64,000 bases of DNA, from contig JASTWF010000080.1 in NCBI GenBank assembly GCA_030390025.1, positions 1 through 64,000 of the forward strand, read 5' to 3'. Numbering within the stretch: the first letter of the stretch is position 1; every line of letters begins with the position of its first letter. Position numbers and translations under genes: made by a program. The notes under the pieces were generated by a model. That model saw nothing but the letters and a program-made list of their open reading frames with translations. It searched no databases and was not told where the DNA came from. Positions 19,399-31,544 of this stretch are shown piece by piece. The DNA is from Squalus acanthias. Its lineage: Eukaryota.

Positions 19399-22300
19399 CT
19401 GAAACACATTTGAATAATATCAGGATAGTTTCTCTGTTCCCGGATCCATTCCCAGTTCGGTGTCGATGGAGGGACAATTTTAACCTCACCCGCCCGTCGG
19501 GAATCTGAGGGATCGGGTCCAACGCTGGTTTTACTCTCGCCTGATCTCACTCTCCACTGGAGTCAATAAAGAGTCTCATTGATGGTGGTGTTGGACCGGC
19601 GTTGCCCCGATCCCCGGGGTTACCTGCCCGGCGAGCTCGGTTCAATTTACCCCCCATGTCTGTGTCCTGTCCTGGGTCCATCCCCAGGGTCACATTGTAC
19701 GCCCCAGGAGTCAGCATCACTGATGGATTTCACATCAAACTTCAAAGGGATGGGGAATAAATTGACTGCAGCAAACTGGGCTGAGCTGGTAATGAGTAAA
19801 GCTACAGATAAACAGTGGGGACGCTTCAAAAGAAGTACTGGGTACAATCCAACACCAGGACTTTCCCCGACAACGCAAAGACTCCACTTCTGTAGTTAGG
19901 CAACCATGGTCGACAAATGAAAGAAGTGAGAGTATCCAGGTAAAGGGAAAGGCTGACACAGTGACCAGAGATTGAGATACAGAGCACTTAGACAAGTATC
20001 GGCTGATCAGAGAGTCAGCATAGATTTGTGAAGGGTAGGTCCTGTCTGACTAATCTAATTGAATTTTATGAGGAGGTCACTAACATGGTGGATAAGGGAG
20101 TGTCGGTGGATGTTGTGTATCTGGACTTCCAGAAGGCATTTGATAAGGTTCCTCACGAGAGATTATTAGCAGAAATAAAAGCTTACAGATTTGGAGCTAA
20201 TCTTGTGACACGGGTTGAAAATTGGCTGGGAGGAAGGAGTCAGAGAATCGGGATAAAGGGAATGTGCTCCGATTGGCAGGATGTTCTGAGTGGTGTTCCC
20301 CAGGGATCTGTACTGAGGCCTCAGCTTTTCACCATATATATCAATGACTTGGATGAAGGAACAGGGAGTTGTATATCCAAGTTTGCAGATGGCACTAAGT
20401 TAGGATGCACAGTAAAGGGACATTGACAGATTAAATGAGTGAACTGCATCTGCCACAGTTTTGCCCAAGGTGGGGAAGTGTGAGATCATCCACGCGAGAT
20501 CTGAGAAAGACAGATTGGAATATTGTCTCAATGGTGACAGACCAGGAGCTGTAAAGGAGCAAAGAGATTTGGGTGTCCATGTCCACAAATCACTAAAAGC
20601 TCGTGCCAGGGTTAAATAAAGCAATCAAAAAGGCTAATGGAATGTTGGCTTTAATCTCAAGAGGGTGAGAATAGAAAGTGAGGAAATTATGCTTCAGTTG
20701 TACAGACCCTTGGTCAGACTCCATCTGGCGTATTACATTCAGTTCTTGGCACCAAACCTCACGTAAGATATATTGGCCTTGGAGGGGGTACAGAGCAGAT
20801 TCACCAGAATGATACCAGCTCAGAGGGTTAAATTTTGAGGACAAAGTTGGCTTGTATTGCGCTGAGTGTAGAAGGGTGAAGGGTGGTCACATTGAGGTGT
20901 TTAAAATGATAAAGGGATTCGATAGGGTAGATACAGAGAAACTATTTTCACTGGTGGTGAATCCGGAACAAAAGAGCATAATCTTAAAATTAGAGCCAGG
21001 ACAGTTAGAGTGAAATCAGAAAGCACTTCTTCACACAAAGGGCAGTGGAAATCTGGAACTCTCTCCCCCAAAAGTCTGTGGGTTCAATTGAAATTTTTAT
21101 GACTGAGATCGAGTGATTTTTGTTGGGTAAGGGTATCAAGGGATGTAGAGCAATGACGGGTAAATGGAGTTGAGGTACTGATCAGTCATGATCTCATTGA
21201 ATGGTGGAACAGACTCAAGGGGCCGAATGTCCTACTCCTGTTCCTATGATCCATACATGCTCACAGAGACACACGCACACATCCAGTGCAGTTCCTTACC
21301 CCACCGATAGACCTTTGCCTCTGCCAGGCTGCTGTGTTCAATTTGACAGGAGTATTGATCCTCATCCCCAGCATTCACTTCAATCTCGTTCTTGATCTGA
21401 TGGGTCCCATTGTGGTTCGGTCGAACCCCCGAGGAGTGGCTCTCAGACACTGGCTCTCCATTCCTTAGCCAGGTCACCTCGATGTCTACAGGGTAAAATC
21501 CAGTAACCAGGCAGGAGAGAGTGGGCGGTTTGTACTGAATATTGGGGTCAGTTTTGGAGATGAACACTTCGGGCTGAACTGAAAGGGGAAAGGGAGAAAA
21601 CACAAACAGTAGACAGACACCGAATGGAATGGGAGAACGGTTTCATAGATCTGTGAAGTTAGATCAGAACATGGGATAAAAACTGAAATCAATACCTTTC
21701 CTTTCAAAGTATTCCTTTCCAGCTCGCAAATATAAATGTAAATGCTCAACAAATCCTACTTCCAGATGTGTTTTCCAATACTTGTTCCAGGATTCACCCG
21801 AATTCCATTTCTCCATTGTCTTCACCGCATTGTGATTGGATGCGACCCATCTCATTCTGTCTGGCTCTAAACTAATATAGTCCTTTCCGTCATATCCAAC
21901 ACGCATCGATCTCTTAATGGAGCCGTCGTCAGTTATTTCAACGATTGAAATCCATTGAAAAATGTGAACTCCTGTCAGTGACCAAACAGTAATCAATAAT
22001 CAATAGTTAATGGAAAATCACAAATCAGTCTGATCAGAGGGGAAAGGGACTGTAGAATCAGATATAAATGGGGGGGTTAGAGTCACAGACTGATCACAGA
22101 ATCCCCACAGTGCAGATAGAGGCCATTTCGGCCCATCGAGCCTGCACCGACACATATCCCACCCTATCCCCGTAACCCCACGTATTTAATCCCCCTAACA
22201 CCAAGGGTCAATTTATCATAGCCAAATCAACCTAACCCGCACATCTTTGGACTGTGGGAGGAAACCGGAGCACCCGGAGGAAACCCACGCAGACACGGGG

Positions 22301-25300
22301 AGAATGTGCAAACTCCACACAGACAGTCACCCGAGGCCGGATTCGAATCCGGGTCCCTGGCGCTGTGAGGCAACAGTGCTAACCACTATGCCACCGTGTA
22401 GAAATGGGGTGTTAGAGTCACAGTCTGATCAGAGGGGAAAGGGGCTGTAGAATCAGGGGGAAATGGGGGGTTAGAGTCACTGTCTGATCAGAGGGGAAAG
22501 GGGCTGTAGAATCAGGGGGAAATGGGGGGTTAGAGTCACAGTCTGATCAGAGGGGAAAGGGACTGTAGAATCAGGGGGAAATGGGGGGTTAGAGTCACAG
22601 TCTGATCAGAGGGGAAAGGGACTGTAGAATCAGGGGGAAATGGAGTGTCCCAGGGGTCAGTGCTAGGAGATGGGCTGAGTGGAGTGTCCCAGGGATCAGT
22701 GCTGGGAGATGGGCTGAGTGGAGTGTCCCAGGGGTCAGTGCTGGGAGATGGGCTGAGTGGAGTGTCCCAGGGGTCAGTGCTGGGAGATGGGCTGAGTGGA
22801 GTGTCCCAGGGATCAGTGCTGGGAGATGGGCTGAGTGGAGTGTCCCAGGGATCAGTGCTGGGAGATGGGCTGAGTGGTGCGCTAGACATTGACCAGTACA
22901 CATGGTTAAAAGGTCATTGCTTCAGCAGGAACATCGACGTCTCCTCCCAACACGCATGCTCGTTAGTGTTACGATCTGTTGAATGCTCTCCGCACATTCT
23001 CCATCCATGAGTGAGTGCCTCTGTCCCTAATAGTCTTCACTGCCTTAACTCTCTGAGGTATTTAACACAGAGAGTCCCATTCTCCTTTCACACTGCCTCC
23101 TGGATTGGCATTGCCCATTCTGCTCTACTGGAGAAGACCGATCTCACCCCCAGATATATGAATATACACCGAGACACAAAAAGAAGCCAGGAATTGCCCA
23201 ACAAGCTTCCCTTTCCTGGATGGTCACAACCATCTCACCATATTCTCAACTTGCTCTATCGCAAACCTCTCCTGATCTTCGTCAATGTGGTCAGAACTTT
23301 GTAAATATCTCGATCAGAATAGGGAGAAGGAACAGAATAACTGTCTGTGTGTCCCTGATTCATGGTGGCCATACACTATACAGTCCAGTGTTAGAATGCA
23401 GTATAACTATGGCTGGGTACCTGTCCGGCACCCATTAAACAGGGCAGGCGGTGGGAGATTCTGCTGATCTTACCGGATGTCTGGTTTGTCCCCTTCATTA
23501 TCGTATTCAGATTCTCCTTTGCTGTGGTTGACAGTGTGTTCCCGAGACCTGTGAGAAGATCCCAGTATTCCACATCGAAAGCGTCTGCCATGAACTGCTG
23601 CCTGGGGATCATCCGACGGATATCAGTGTCATGATAATTAAGTTGAACTCCCTTCACCATCGCAACATTAGTAACCTCGGGAAAGTCACTAATGCCAGAG
23701 ATTGCCATGTACATCACAGTAAGTGAGTTAGTGTCTGTAAAATAAACAATTAAAGGGACAGATTAATAGAGTCATAGAGTTATACAGCATAGAAAGAGGC
23801 CCTTCGGCCCATCGTGTCCGTGCCGGCCATCAAGCCCTGTCTATTCTAATCCCATTATCCAGCACTTGGTCCGTAGCCTTGTATGCTATGGCGTTTCAAG
23901 TGTTCATCTAAATGCTTCTTGAATGTTGTGAGGGTTCCTGCCTCTACCACCCTTTCAGGCAGTGAGTTCCAGATTCCAACCACCCTCTGGGTGAAAAAGT
24001 TTTTCCTCAAATTCCCTCTAAACCTCCTGCCCCTTACCTTGAAACTATGCCCCCTGGTTATTGACCCCTCTACTAAGGGGAAAAGTTCCTTTCCATCTAC
24101 CCTATCTATGCCCCTCATAATTTTGTACACCTCAATCAGGTCCCCCCTCAGCCTTCTCTGCTCTAAGGAAAACAACCCCAGCCTGTCCAGTCTCTCTTCA
24201 TAGCGGAAGCGCTCCAGCCCAGGTAACATCCTGGTGAATCTCCTCTGCACCCTCTCCAATGCATTCACATCCTTCCTATAGTGTGGCGACCAGAACTGCA
24301 CACAGTATTCCAGCTGTGGCCTAACTAGCATTTTGTACAGCTCCATCATAACCTCCCTGCTCTTATATTCTATGCCTTGACTAAAGGAGGCAAGTATCCC
24401 ATATGCCATTTTAACCACCTTATCTACCTGTCCTGCTGCCTTCAGGGATCTATGTACATGCACACCAAGGTCCCTCTGATCCTCTGTCCTTCCTAGGGTC
24501 CTACCATTCTTTGTGTATTCCCTTGCCTTGTTAGTCCTCCTAAAATGCATCACCTCACACTTTTCAGGGTTAAATTCCATTTGCCACTGCTCTGCCCATC
24601 GAACCAATCCATCTATATCGTCCTGTAGCCTGAGGCTTCCCTCCTCGCTATTTACCACTCTTCCAATTTTCATGTCATCTGCGAACTAACTGATCATACC
24701 TCCTACATTCATATCTAAATCATTAATGTACACTACAAACAGCAAAGGACCCAGCACCGATCCCTGCGGTACACCACTGGACACAGGCTTCCAGTCACAA
24801 AAACAACCTTCGACCATCACCCTCTGCCTCCTGCCACTAAGCCAATTTTGGATCCAATGTGCCAAATTGCCCTGGATCCCATGGGCTCTTACCTTCTTGA
24901 CCAGTCTCCCATGTGGGACTTTGTCAAAAGCCTTACTGAAGTTCATGTAGACTACATCAACTGCACTACCCTCATCCACACACCTAGTCACCCCCTCGAA
25001 AAATTCAATCAAATTGGTTAGACATGATTTCCCCCTGACAAAGCCATGCTGACTATCCTTGATTAATCCTTGCCTCTCCAAGTGGAGACTAATTCTGTCC
25101 CTCAGAATTTTTTCCAATAATTTCCCTACCACTGATGTTAGGCTCACTGGCCTGTAATTCCCTGGTTTATCCCTTCTTGAATAATGGTATTATGTTAGCT
25201 GTTCTCCAGTCCTCTGGCACCTCCCCTGTGGCCAGAGAGGTTCTGAAAATTTGTGTCAGAGCCCCTGCAATCTCCTCCCTTGCCTCACACAGCAGCCTGG

Positions 25301-28300
25301 GATACATCTCATCTGGGCCTGGGGATTTATCCACTTTTAAGCCCGCTAAAACCGCTAGTACCTCCTCCCTCTCAATACTAATTTGTTCAAGTATATCTCA
25401 ATCCCCCTGCCTGATTTCTATGCCTATATCGTCCTTCTCCATAGTGAACACAGATGCAAAATATTCATTTAAAACCTCACCTACATCTTCTGGCTCTACA
25501 CACAGATTGCCACTTTGGTCCCTAATGGGCCCTACTCTTTCCCTGGTTATCCTCTTGCCCTTAATATACTTATAAAACACCTTGGAATTTTCCTTTATTT
25601 TGCCCGCCAGTGTTTTTTCATGCCCCCTCTTCGCTCTCCTAATTTCTTTTTTAAGTAGCCCCCTGCACTTTCTATACTCCTCTAGGGCTTCCACTGTTTT
25701 TAGTCCTTTGTATCTGCCAAAAGCCTCCCTTTTTTTCCTAATCCATTCTCGTATATCCCTTGACATCCAGGGTTCCCTGGGCTTGTTGGTGCCACCCTTG
25801 ACCTTTACGGGAACATGTTGGCGTTGTACTCTCTCTATTTCCTTTCTGAAAGACTCCCACTGCTCTGTACATAATAAACATTTACAAACACTATTCAAAG
25901 TGATGCCCATTCAAAAAATGACAATCTCCAACAGCCCACCACTTTATCGCAACGTCTGATATTATAAATATAATACAATTAAACTGGGTCAGAATCAGAT
26001 GGCTGCAGCACCTCCCAACAGGGAGTAAACATGGAATCAGAGTCACTGAGATGCCTGATGAAGTCCGAGGGGACACGTGGGCGAGTCGGGGACACATTCG
26101 AGGGATGGTGGTGTTAAACAGAAGGGGGGAAAAATTCAGTATCGTCCCATTTGGGGCGCAATTATCGGCCGGGCGCAAAGTTTAGCGCCTGGTGCTAATT
26201 ATCGCCTCCGACTGCAAACTTGGCTTTTATCGCCCCTGGAGGTGATTGGAGCGCTAAATCAGGCGCTTCACACCTGTCTTAAGGCGCAAAGGCCGAGGAG
26301 CGAGGCGCTACCTCAGAGCGCTGGCAAAGCTCATGTGATGTTAGTCAGCAATTGAACACAGACACAATGGCGCCGGCCAGTTCTTAAGGGTGAGAGATGA
26401 TCTTGCTCTCCATCCACATCCTGCTCATTGCAGCCTTGAATCTCGGCCTGGAGAGACCTGTACATCAAATCTGCTGGAAAGAACAATGGAGAGGCCCAGG
26501 GAAAGAGCTCAGAGTGCAGCCCCCACAGACTCTTCTAAATCGATACAAGGAAGGGCAAATCAAAATGAACCTGCAAAGTGCTGCTCAGTACCCAAAACTC
26601 CTTCACACAGCGTTGAATCTCTCCAGAAGTCTCTCTCTCTCTCTCTCAGAATGCGTGGTGCAAAAATGTGACGAACAAAAAAAAGGCAGGAAGCGTCCGC
26701 CTTGAAATAGCGCTCCCCCAGTCCCTTCCTGACTGCAAAACGCTCCCCTCAACCTGTCGTTGCTAGGCGGTAAGGCAGGGGGCACCACTCAATATCCAGT
26801 CCGGGGCGCTACCAGGGCGTTGCAACTCGACTGACGTCACGATCTGCCGGCGTAAAAGATCGTGGCGGTAGTGTTCAGCGCCGCCGCAAAATGTCTCGTT
26901 AATTTCATGAGCGGCGCAAACATCGCTGTGCCCGGGCGTTAGTTGCTTTGCGCCACATTAGCGCCTTCTTAAGGCGATAACGGGAGGCAAAGCAACTGAA
27001 TTTTTCCCCCAAGATCTCTAAACAAGGAACAGTAACCTGGGACACACCCGGTCTATCTCAAACCAGGAACAGTAACCTGGAACACACCCGGTCTATCTCG
27101 AACCAGGAACAGTAACCTGGGATACACCCGGTCTATCTCTAACCAGGAACAGTAACCTGGGACACACCCGGTCTATCTATAACCAGGAACAGTAACCTGG
27201 GACACACCCGGTCTATCTCTAACCTGGAACAGTAACCTGGGACACACCCGGACTAAATCTACCCTGGAACAGTAACCTGGGACACACCCGGTCTATCTCT
27301 AACCAGGAACAGTAACCTGGGACACACCCGGTCTATCTCTAACCAGGAACAGTAACCCGGGACACACCCGGACTAAATGTACCCTGGAACAGTAACCTGG
27401 GACACACCCGGTCTATCTCTAACCTGGAACAGTAACCTGGAACACAACCGTTCTATCTCTAACCTGGAACAGTAACCTGGGACACACCCGGTCTATCTCT
27501 AACCAGGAACAGTAACCTGGGACACACCCGGTCTATCTCTAACCAGGAACAGTAACCTGGGACACACCAGGTCTATCTCTAACCTGGAACAGTAACCTGG
27601 GACACACCCGGTCTATCTCTAACCTGGAACAGTAACCTGGGACACACTCGGTCTATCTCTAACCTGGAACAGTAGCCTGGGACACACCCAGTCTATCTCT
27701 AACCAGGAACAGTAACCTGGGACACACCCGGTCTAACAATAACCTGGAACAGTAACCTGGGACACACCCAGTCTATCTCTCACCTGGATCAGTAACCTGG
27801 GACAAACCCGGTCTATCTCTAGCCAGGAACAGTAACCTGGGACACACCCGGTCTATCTCTAACCAGGAAAAGTAACCTGGGACACACCCGGTCTATCTCT
27901 AACCAGGAACAGTAACCTGGGACACACCCGGTCTATCTCTAACCTGGAACAGTAACCTGGGACACAACCGTTCTATCTCTAACCTGGAACAGTAACCTGG
28001 GACACACCCGGTCTATCTCTAACCAGGAACAGTAACCTGGGACACACCGGGTCTATCTCTAACCAGGAACAGTAACCTGGGACACACCCGGTCTATCTCT
28101 AACCAGGAACAGTAACCTGGGACACACCCGGTCTATCTATAACCAGGAACAGTAACCTGGGACACACCCGGTCTATCTCTAACCTGGAACAGTAACCTGG
28201 GACACACCCGGTCTATCTCTAACCAGGAACAGTAACCTGGGTCACACCCGGTCTATCTCTAACCTGGAACAGTAACCTGGGACACACCCGGTCTATCACT

Positions 28301-31283
28301 AACCTGGAACAGTAACCTGGGACACACCCTGTCTATCACTAACCTGGAACAGTAAGCTGGGACACACCCAGTCTATCTCTAACCAGGAACAGTAACCTGG
28401 GACACACCCGGTCTATCTCTAACCTGGAACAGTAACCTGGGACACAACCGTTCTATCTCTAACCTGGAACAGTAACCTGGGACACACCTGGTCTATCTCT
28501 AACCTGACACAGTAACCTGGGACACACCCGGTCTATCTCTAACCAGGAACAGTAACCCGGGACACACCCGGTCTGTCTATAACCTGGAACAGTAACCTGG
28601 GACACACCCGGTCTATCTCTAATCAGGAACAGTAACCTGGGACACACCCGGTCTATCTCTAACCAGGAACAGTAACCTGGGACACACCCGGTCTATCTCT
28701 AACCTGGAACAGTAACCTGGGACACACCCGGTCTATCTCTAACCTGTAACAGTAACCTGGGACACACCGGTTCTATCTCTAACCTGGAATAGTAACCTGG
28801 GACACACCCGGTCCATCTCTAACCTGGAACAGTAACCCGGGACACATCCGGTCTATCTCTAACCAGGAACAGTAACCTGGGACACACCCGGTCTATCTCT
28901 AACCAGGAACAGTAACCTGGGAAAAAACCCGGTCAATCTCTAACCTGGAACATTGACTTGGGATAAATCCAACTCTATCTGAAACTTAACCAGGGGACAT
29001 CTGGAGAGAGATATTGAGGAGACCCTCCTGACCAGGGAACATCTGGAGAGAGATATTGAGGAGACCCTCCTGACCAGGGGACATCTGGAGAGAGATATTG
29101 AGGAGACCCTCCTGACCAGGGAACATCTGGAGAGAGCTAGTGAGGAGACCCTCCTGACCAGGGGACATCTGGAGAGAGATATTGAGGAGACCCTCCTGAC
29201 CAGGGAACATCTGGAGAGAGCTAGTGAGGAGACCCTCCTGACCAGGGAACATCTGGAGAGAGGAATTGTGGATAACCCGAGGGCAGGTCTGTTGTTTATC
29301 GTCATAACGATGTGGGAATAAAAATTCGATTGCCCCTGAAAACGAGTGCGGGGATCTCAACACGCAATCAACCCGCACCCGGTCAAAGTACTGCAGGAAG
29401 CACGCAAACTTCGTGCTGTCTGGTAATTATAATGATTGTAACGTGCAGCCAACGCTTAACATGCTGCTGAGAGGCTGCATGCCTCAGCAGGGGGCCCAAG
29501 TTCTCGCGAGGCTAGCACCACTTAAAGCTAGCCTGCACTACTTAAAGCCAGCCTGCACGTCTTAAAGGGGAGGTGCATTCTGGCTGCAGCAGGTACTGGA
29601 AGTCATTGTAGAGGTGTATGAGACCTGCAGGAAGAATGAAGATGGTGCAACATGGCAGAGAGGGCTCCCAGATTTTCTGATGCAGTACTCGAGGGCCTGG
29701 TGCAGCAGGTGGACAGGAGGAGAGATGTCGCTGAATCCACAGGGGACCAGGAGGCCCTCCAGACAAACTGTGAGAAGGCAATGGGAGCAGAAAGCCGTCG
29801 TGGTCAATGCCAGCAGGGCAAGAAGTTTAATGACCTCACGCCAGTGGTCACGGTCAGTGAATTCATCTTCAAATGCCACATCCTTACAACTGAACCACTG
29901 CTCAATTCATCACCCGCCCCTCCTTCACTCTCACCTACCAACAAACTCCATCAATCACGATTCATACCTCACATTCATAGCACCACCTCACCCTCACAAA
30001 CTTAGCACTGCTGAACCCTCACACCCACAGCTCACACCTTGCACACACTGCCAGCTATTCAACCATGACAGCCACATCACCCAAACACAAGGTGGATACA
30101 AACTACTGCACCCATGTCTGGGAGCAACTAATCTAAGCAGAAGCCTTGAAGTAAGCTGCCACACCAATCCCTGGAGACGTCAGCAACTTCAAATAAGATA
30201 ACAAACCACCAAACACTTCTACAAACTCACCAAGAGCCAGTAGAAATCAATCAGCACCTAACCTGAAAGCAGTTGATGGTCCCTTTAAATAGCGCTGGTG
30301 GGCGGTCCTCCCAGCATGTTCAGCTGTGTGTCTTTAAGAGAGGGCGTTAGCTGGAGTGTGGAGCTCAAAAATGGCAGCGCTGGTGTCAAATCACCATTAC
30401 ACACTGACTGACGTCACGATCTGCCTACCCTGCAAACTTCCGACGCACACTCCCAGCGCCCGCGCTAACAAACTACCCAAAATGGTGTCCACGCGGCCCA
30501 CACCAGAAGCAGGCGCGCGTGGCGCGGAATCCATTTTAGACACAAAACGCCACCTGTAGCACCAAAAAACCGAGCGCTACCGAGTCGAATTTCGCGGCCG
30601 TGCTGTGAGAGAATTCAGAAATGAACAGAAGGGAAACAGTGATATTTGGGAAGATGAAGTGCGATGCCATGGGGTGCGGTCACTCTAGGAACAGTCTGAC
30701 TGTCGACCAGGGGTGATGGACAATCAGGGGCAGCAGCTCCACTGTGCTTCACAGATCCTATAATGACCACTTTACACATGGGCAGTAGGGGCCCAAAGGA
30801 TGTTGGTGGTGGATTGTCTGAGATAACCTGGCCTATTCAACCACGAGGGCATCACAGCTGAGCCTGGCGTGGGTTAAACATGGATTATCCTCCCGGCACA
30901 GTTCAGAACACTTTAGTCCAGGAGAGGTGAAGCTGTTTCCCGTCTCCCAAACAATGTGAACATTAAAATTGCCCATTTCAACCATTTTCCACTTGCTACA
31001 AGCCTCCCTGCTCTCTGTATTCCTGCGTGTTGCTGTCAGGAGGCCTGCGCACAACTCCCACCGCAGGCTGACGGCCTGTGCTGGCTCCAATGGTGTGAAA
31101 TATCAGGCAGGATGTAGAACCGGCGGCCGATCAAACATCACCCTTTTCAAACTCTCGCCAAAAGCTCAAAATCACCCACACACAGAGAGAGAGAGAGAGA
31201 GTGAGAATGGAGGGATGAGTTCTGTACTTACCGGGAGAGACCCAGGAAAAACACAGGGATATGGAGAAAAGAATCAGCAACAT
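19285..31283 (-). CDS. Non-classical MHC class I heavy chain, copy 1 (exons 31283-31232, 23734-23474, 21971-21696, 21578-21300, 19398-19285; cytoplasmic exon uncertain)
   Basis: Five open exons of class I size (52, 261, 276, 279, 114 nt), all GT-AG phase 1; motifs FPE, YW, NQT, GYDGKDY, C1-set LSCLVTGFYP...YSCQIEHSSL. Confidence 0.9.
19468..19655. mobile_element. Short MITE-like element (also about 42516-42700)
   Basis: Imperfect TIRs GGGACAATTTTAACC / GGTTCAATTTACCCCC. Confidence 0.45.
19975..21247 (+). mobile_element. Degenerate CR1 LINE 3' part in the alpha3-TM intron
   Basis: KGRSCLTNLIEFYEEVT...DFQKAFDKVPH...SGVPQGSVL...FADGTKL followed by a CR1 tail. Confidence 0.9.
21300..21578 (-). 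CDS. MHC I copy 1 alpha3 exon (Ig C1-set)
   Basis: VQPEVFIS...LSCLVTGFYPVDIEVTWLRNG...PNHNGTHQI...YSCQIEHSSL...VYRW; 279 nt. Confidence 0.93.
21696..21971 (-). CDS. MHC I copy 1 alpha2 exon (no cysteine)
   Basis: GVHIFQWISIVEITDDGSI...GYDGKDYISL...AVKTMEKWN...HLEVGFVEHLHLYLRAGKEYFERK; 276 nt. Confidence 0.92.
22030..22640. repeat. 59-bp tandem repeat (also 45230-45440), interrupted by a SINE
   Basis: Unit gtcacagtctgatcagaggggaaaggggctgtagaatcagggggaaatggggggttaga. Confidence 0.85.
22091..22398 (-). mobile_element. HE1-like V-SINE, copy 1 only
   Basis: tRNA-like head (cacggtggcatagtggttagcac...gggttcgaatcc), V-domain (gggtttcctccgggtgctccggtttcctcccaca) and CR1-type tail. Confidence 0.85.
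22641..22877. repeat. 39-bp minisatellite GGAGTGTCCCAGGGATCAGTGCTGGGAGATGGGCTGAGT, about 6 copies
   Basis: Direct tandem repeat. Confidence 0.95.
23474..23734 (-). CDS. MHC I copy 1 alpha1 exon
   Basis: ttttacag|DTNSLTVMYMAISGISDFPE...YHDTDIRRMIPRQQFM...EYW...IMKGTNQTS|gtaag; 261 nt. Confidence 0.92.
23769..25871 (-). mobile_element. 5'-truncated CR1 LINE in intron 1 of copy 1 only
   Basis: ORF2 pieces 23855-24673, 24686-25147 and 25398-25870; TAATA duplicated; empty site near 48170. Confidence 0.92.
26125..27010. mobile_element. Harbinger-derived non-autonomous DNA transposon
   Basis: TIRs GGGGGAAAAATTCAGT / ACTGAATTTTTCCCCC with AAG on both flanks. Confidence 0.8.
27015..28952. repeat. 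40-bp minisatellite AACC(A/T)GGAACAGTAACCTGGGACACACCCGGTCTATCTCT, about 48 copies
   Basis: Direct tandem repeat; about 9-10 copies at 49320-49710. Confidence 0.95.
28989..29260. repeat. 42-bp tandem repeat, about 6.5 copies (about 2.5 at 49735-49840)
   Basis: Unit gaccagggaacatctggagagagatattgaggagaccctcct. Confidence 0.9.
29314..30599 (+). mobile_element. Harbinger-derived element with Myb/SANT-like protein remnant
   Basis: MAERAPRFSDAVLEGLVQQVDRRRDV at 29652; degenerate TIRs AAATTCGA / TCGAATTT. Confidence 0.65.
31232..31283 (-). CDS. MHC I copy 1 leader exon (MLLILFSISLCFSWVSP)
   Basis: ATG, signal peptide, phase-1 GTAAGT donor compatible with the alpha1 acceptor; SXY module about 170-240 bp upstream. 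Confidence 0.85.
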
Positions 31284-31432
31284 TCTGGGAATCCACTGCC
31301 CCTTTTCCAATCGGTGACTGGGAATAAAATACTCCCAGTGAGACACATCTACTGTTTATAGACTGAAAAATACCCCAAATAAACATCAAGTCAATCCAGG
31401 CTCCACTTTCCTGTTTATCTCGAGGGTGACTG

Positions 31433-31544
31433 ATTGGGTATTTTTCTTAGAGTAACCAATTAGAGGAATTAACAGTCGCCTGTCACCAGTTACTGGGAGG
31501 ATCAAACTCAGGCAGGTTGAGAGTCAGCCTGTGAATCAGAAACT
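31433..31544 (-). promoter_or_regulatory. MHC I promoter, copy 1 (degenerate ISRE, S-X-Y, CCAAT)
   Basis: Same module as 3913-4024; ISRE reads GAATCAGAAACT on the + strand. Confidence 0.75.

Noticed and set aside
27015-28952. Regular 40-bp periodicity resembling a CRISPR array
   Set aside because: No unique spacers, no cas genes, eukaryotic intron; a plain minisatellite
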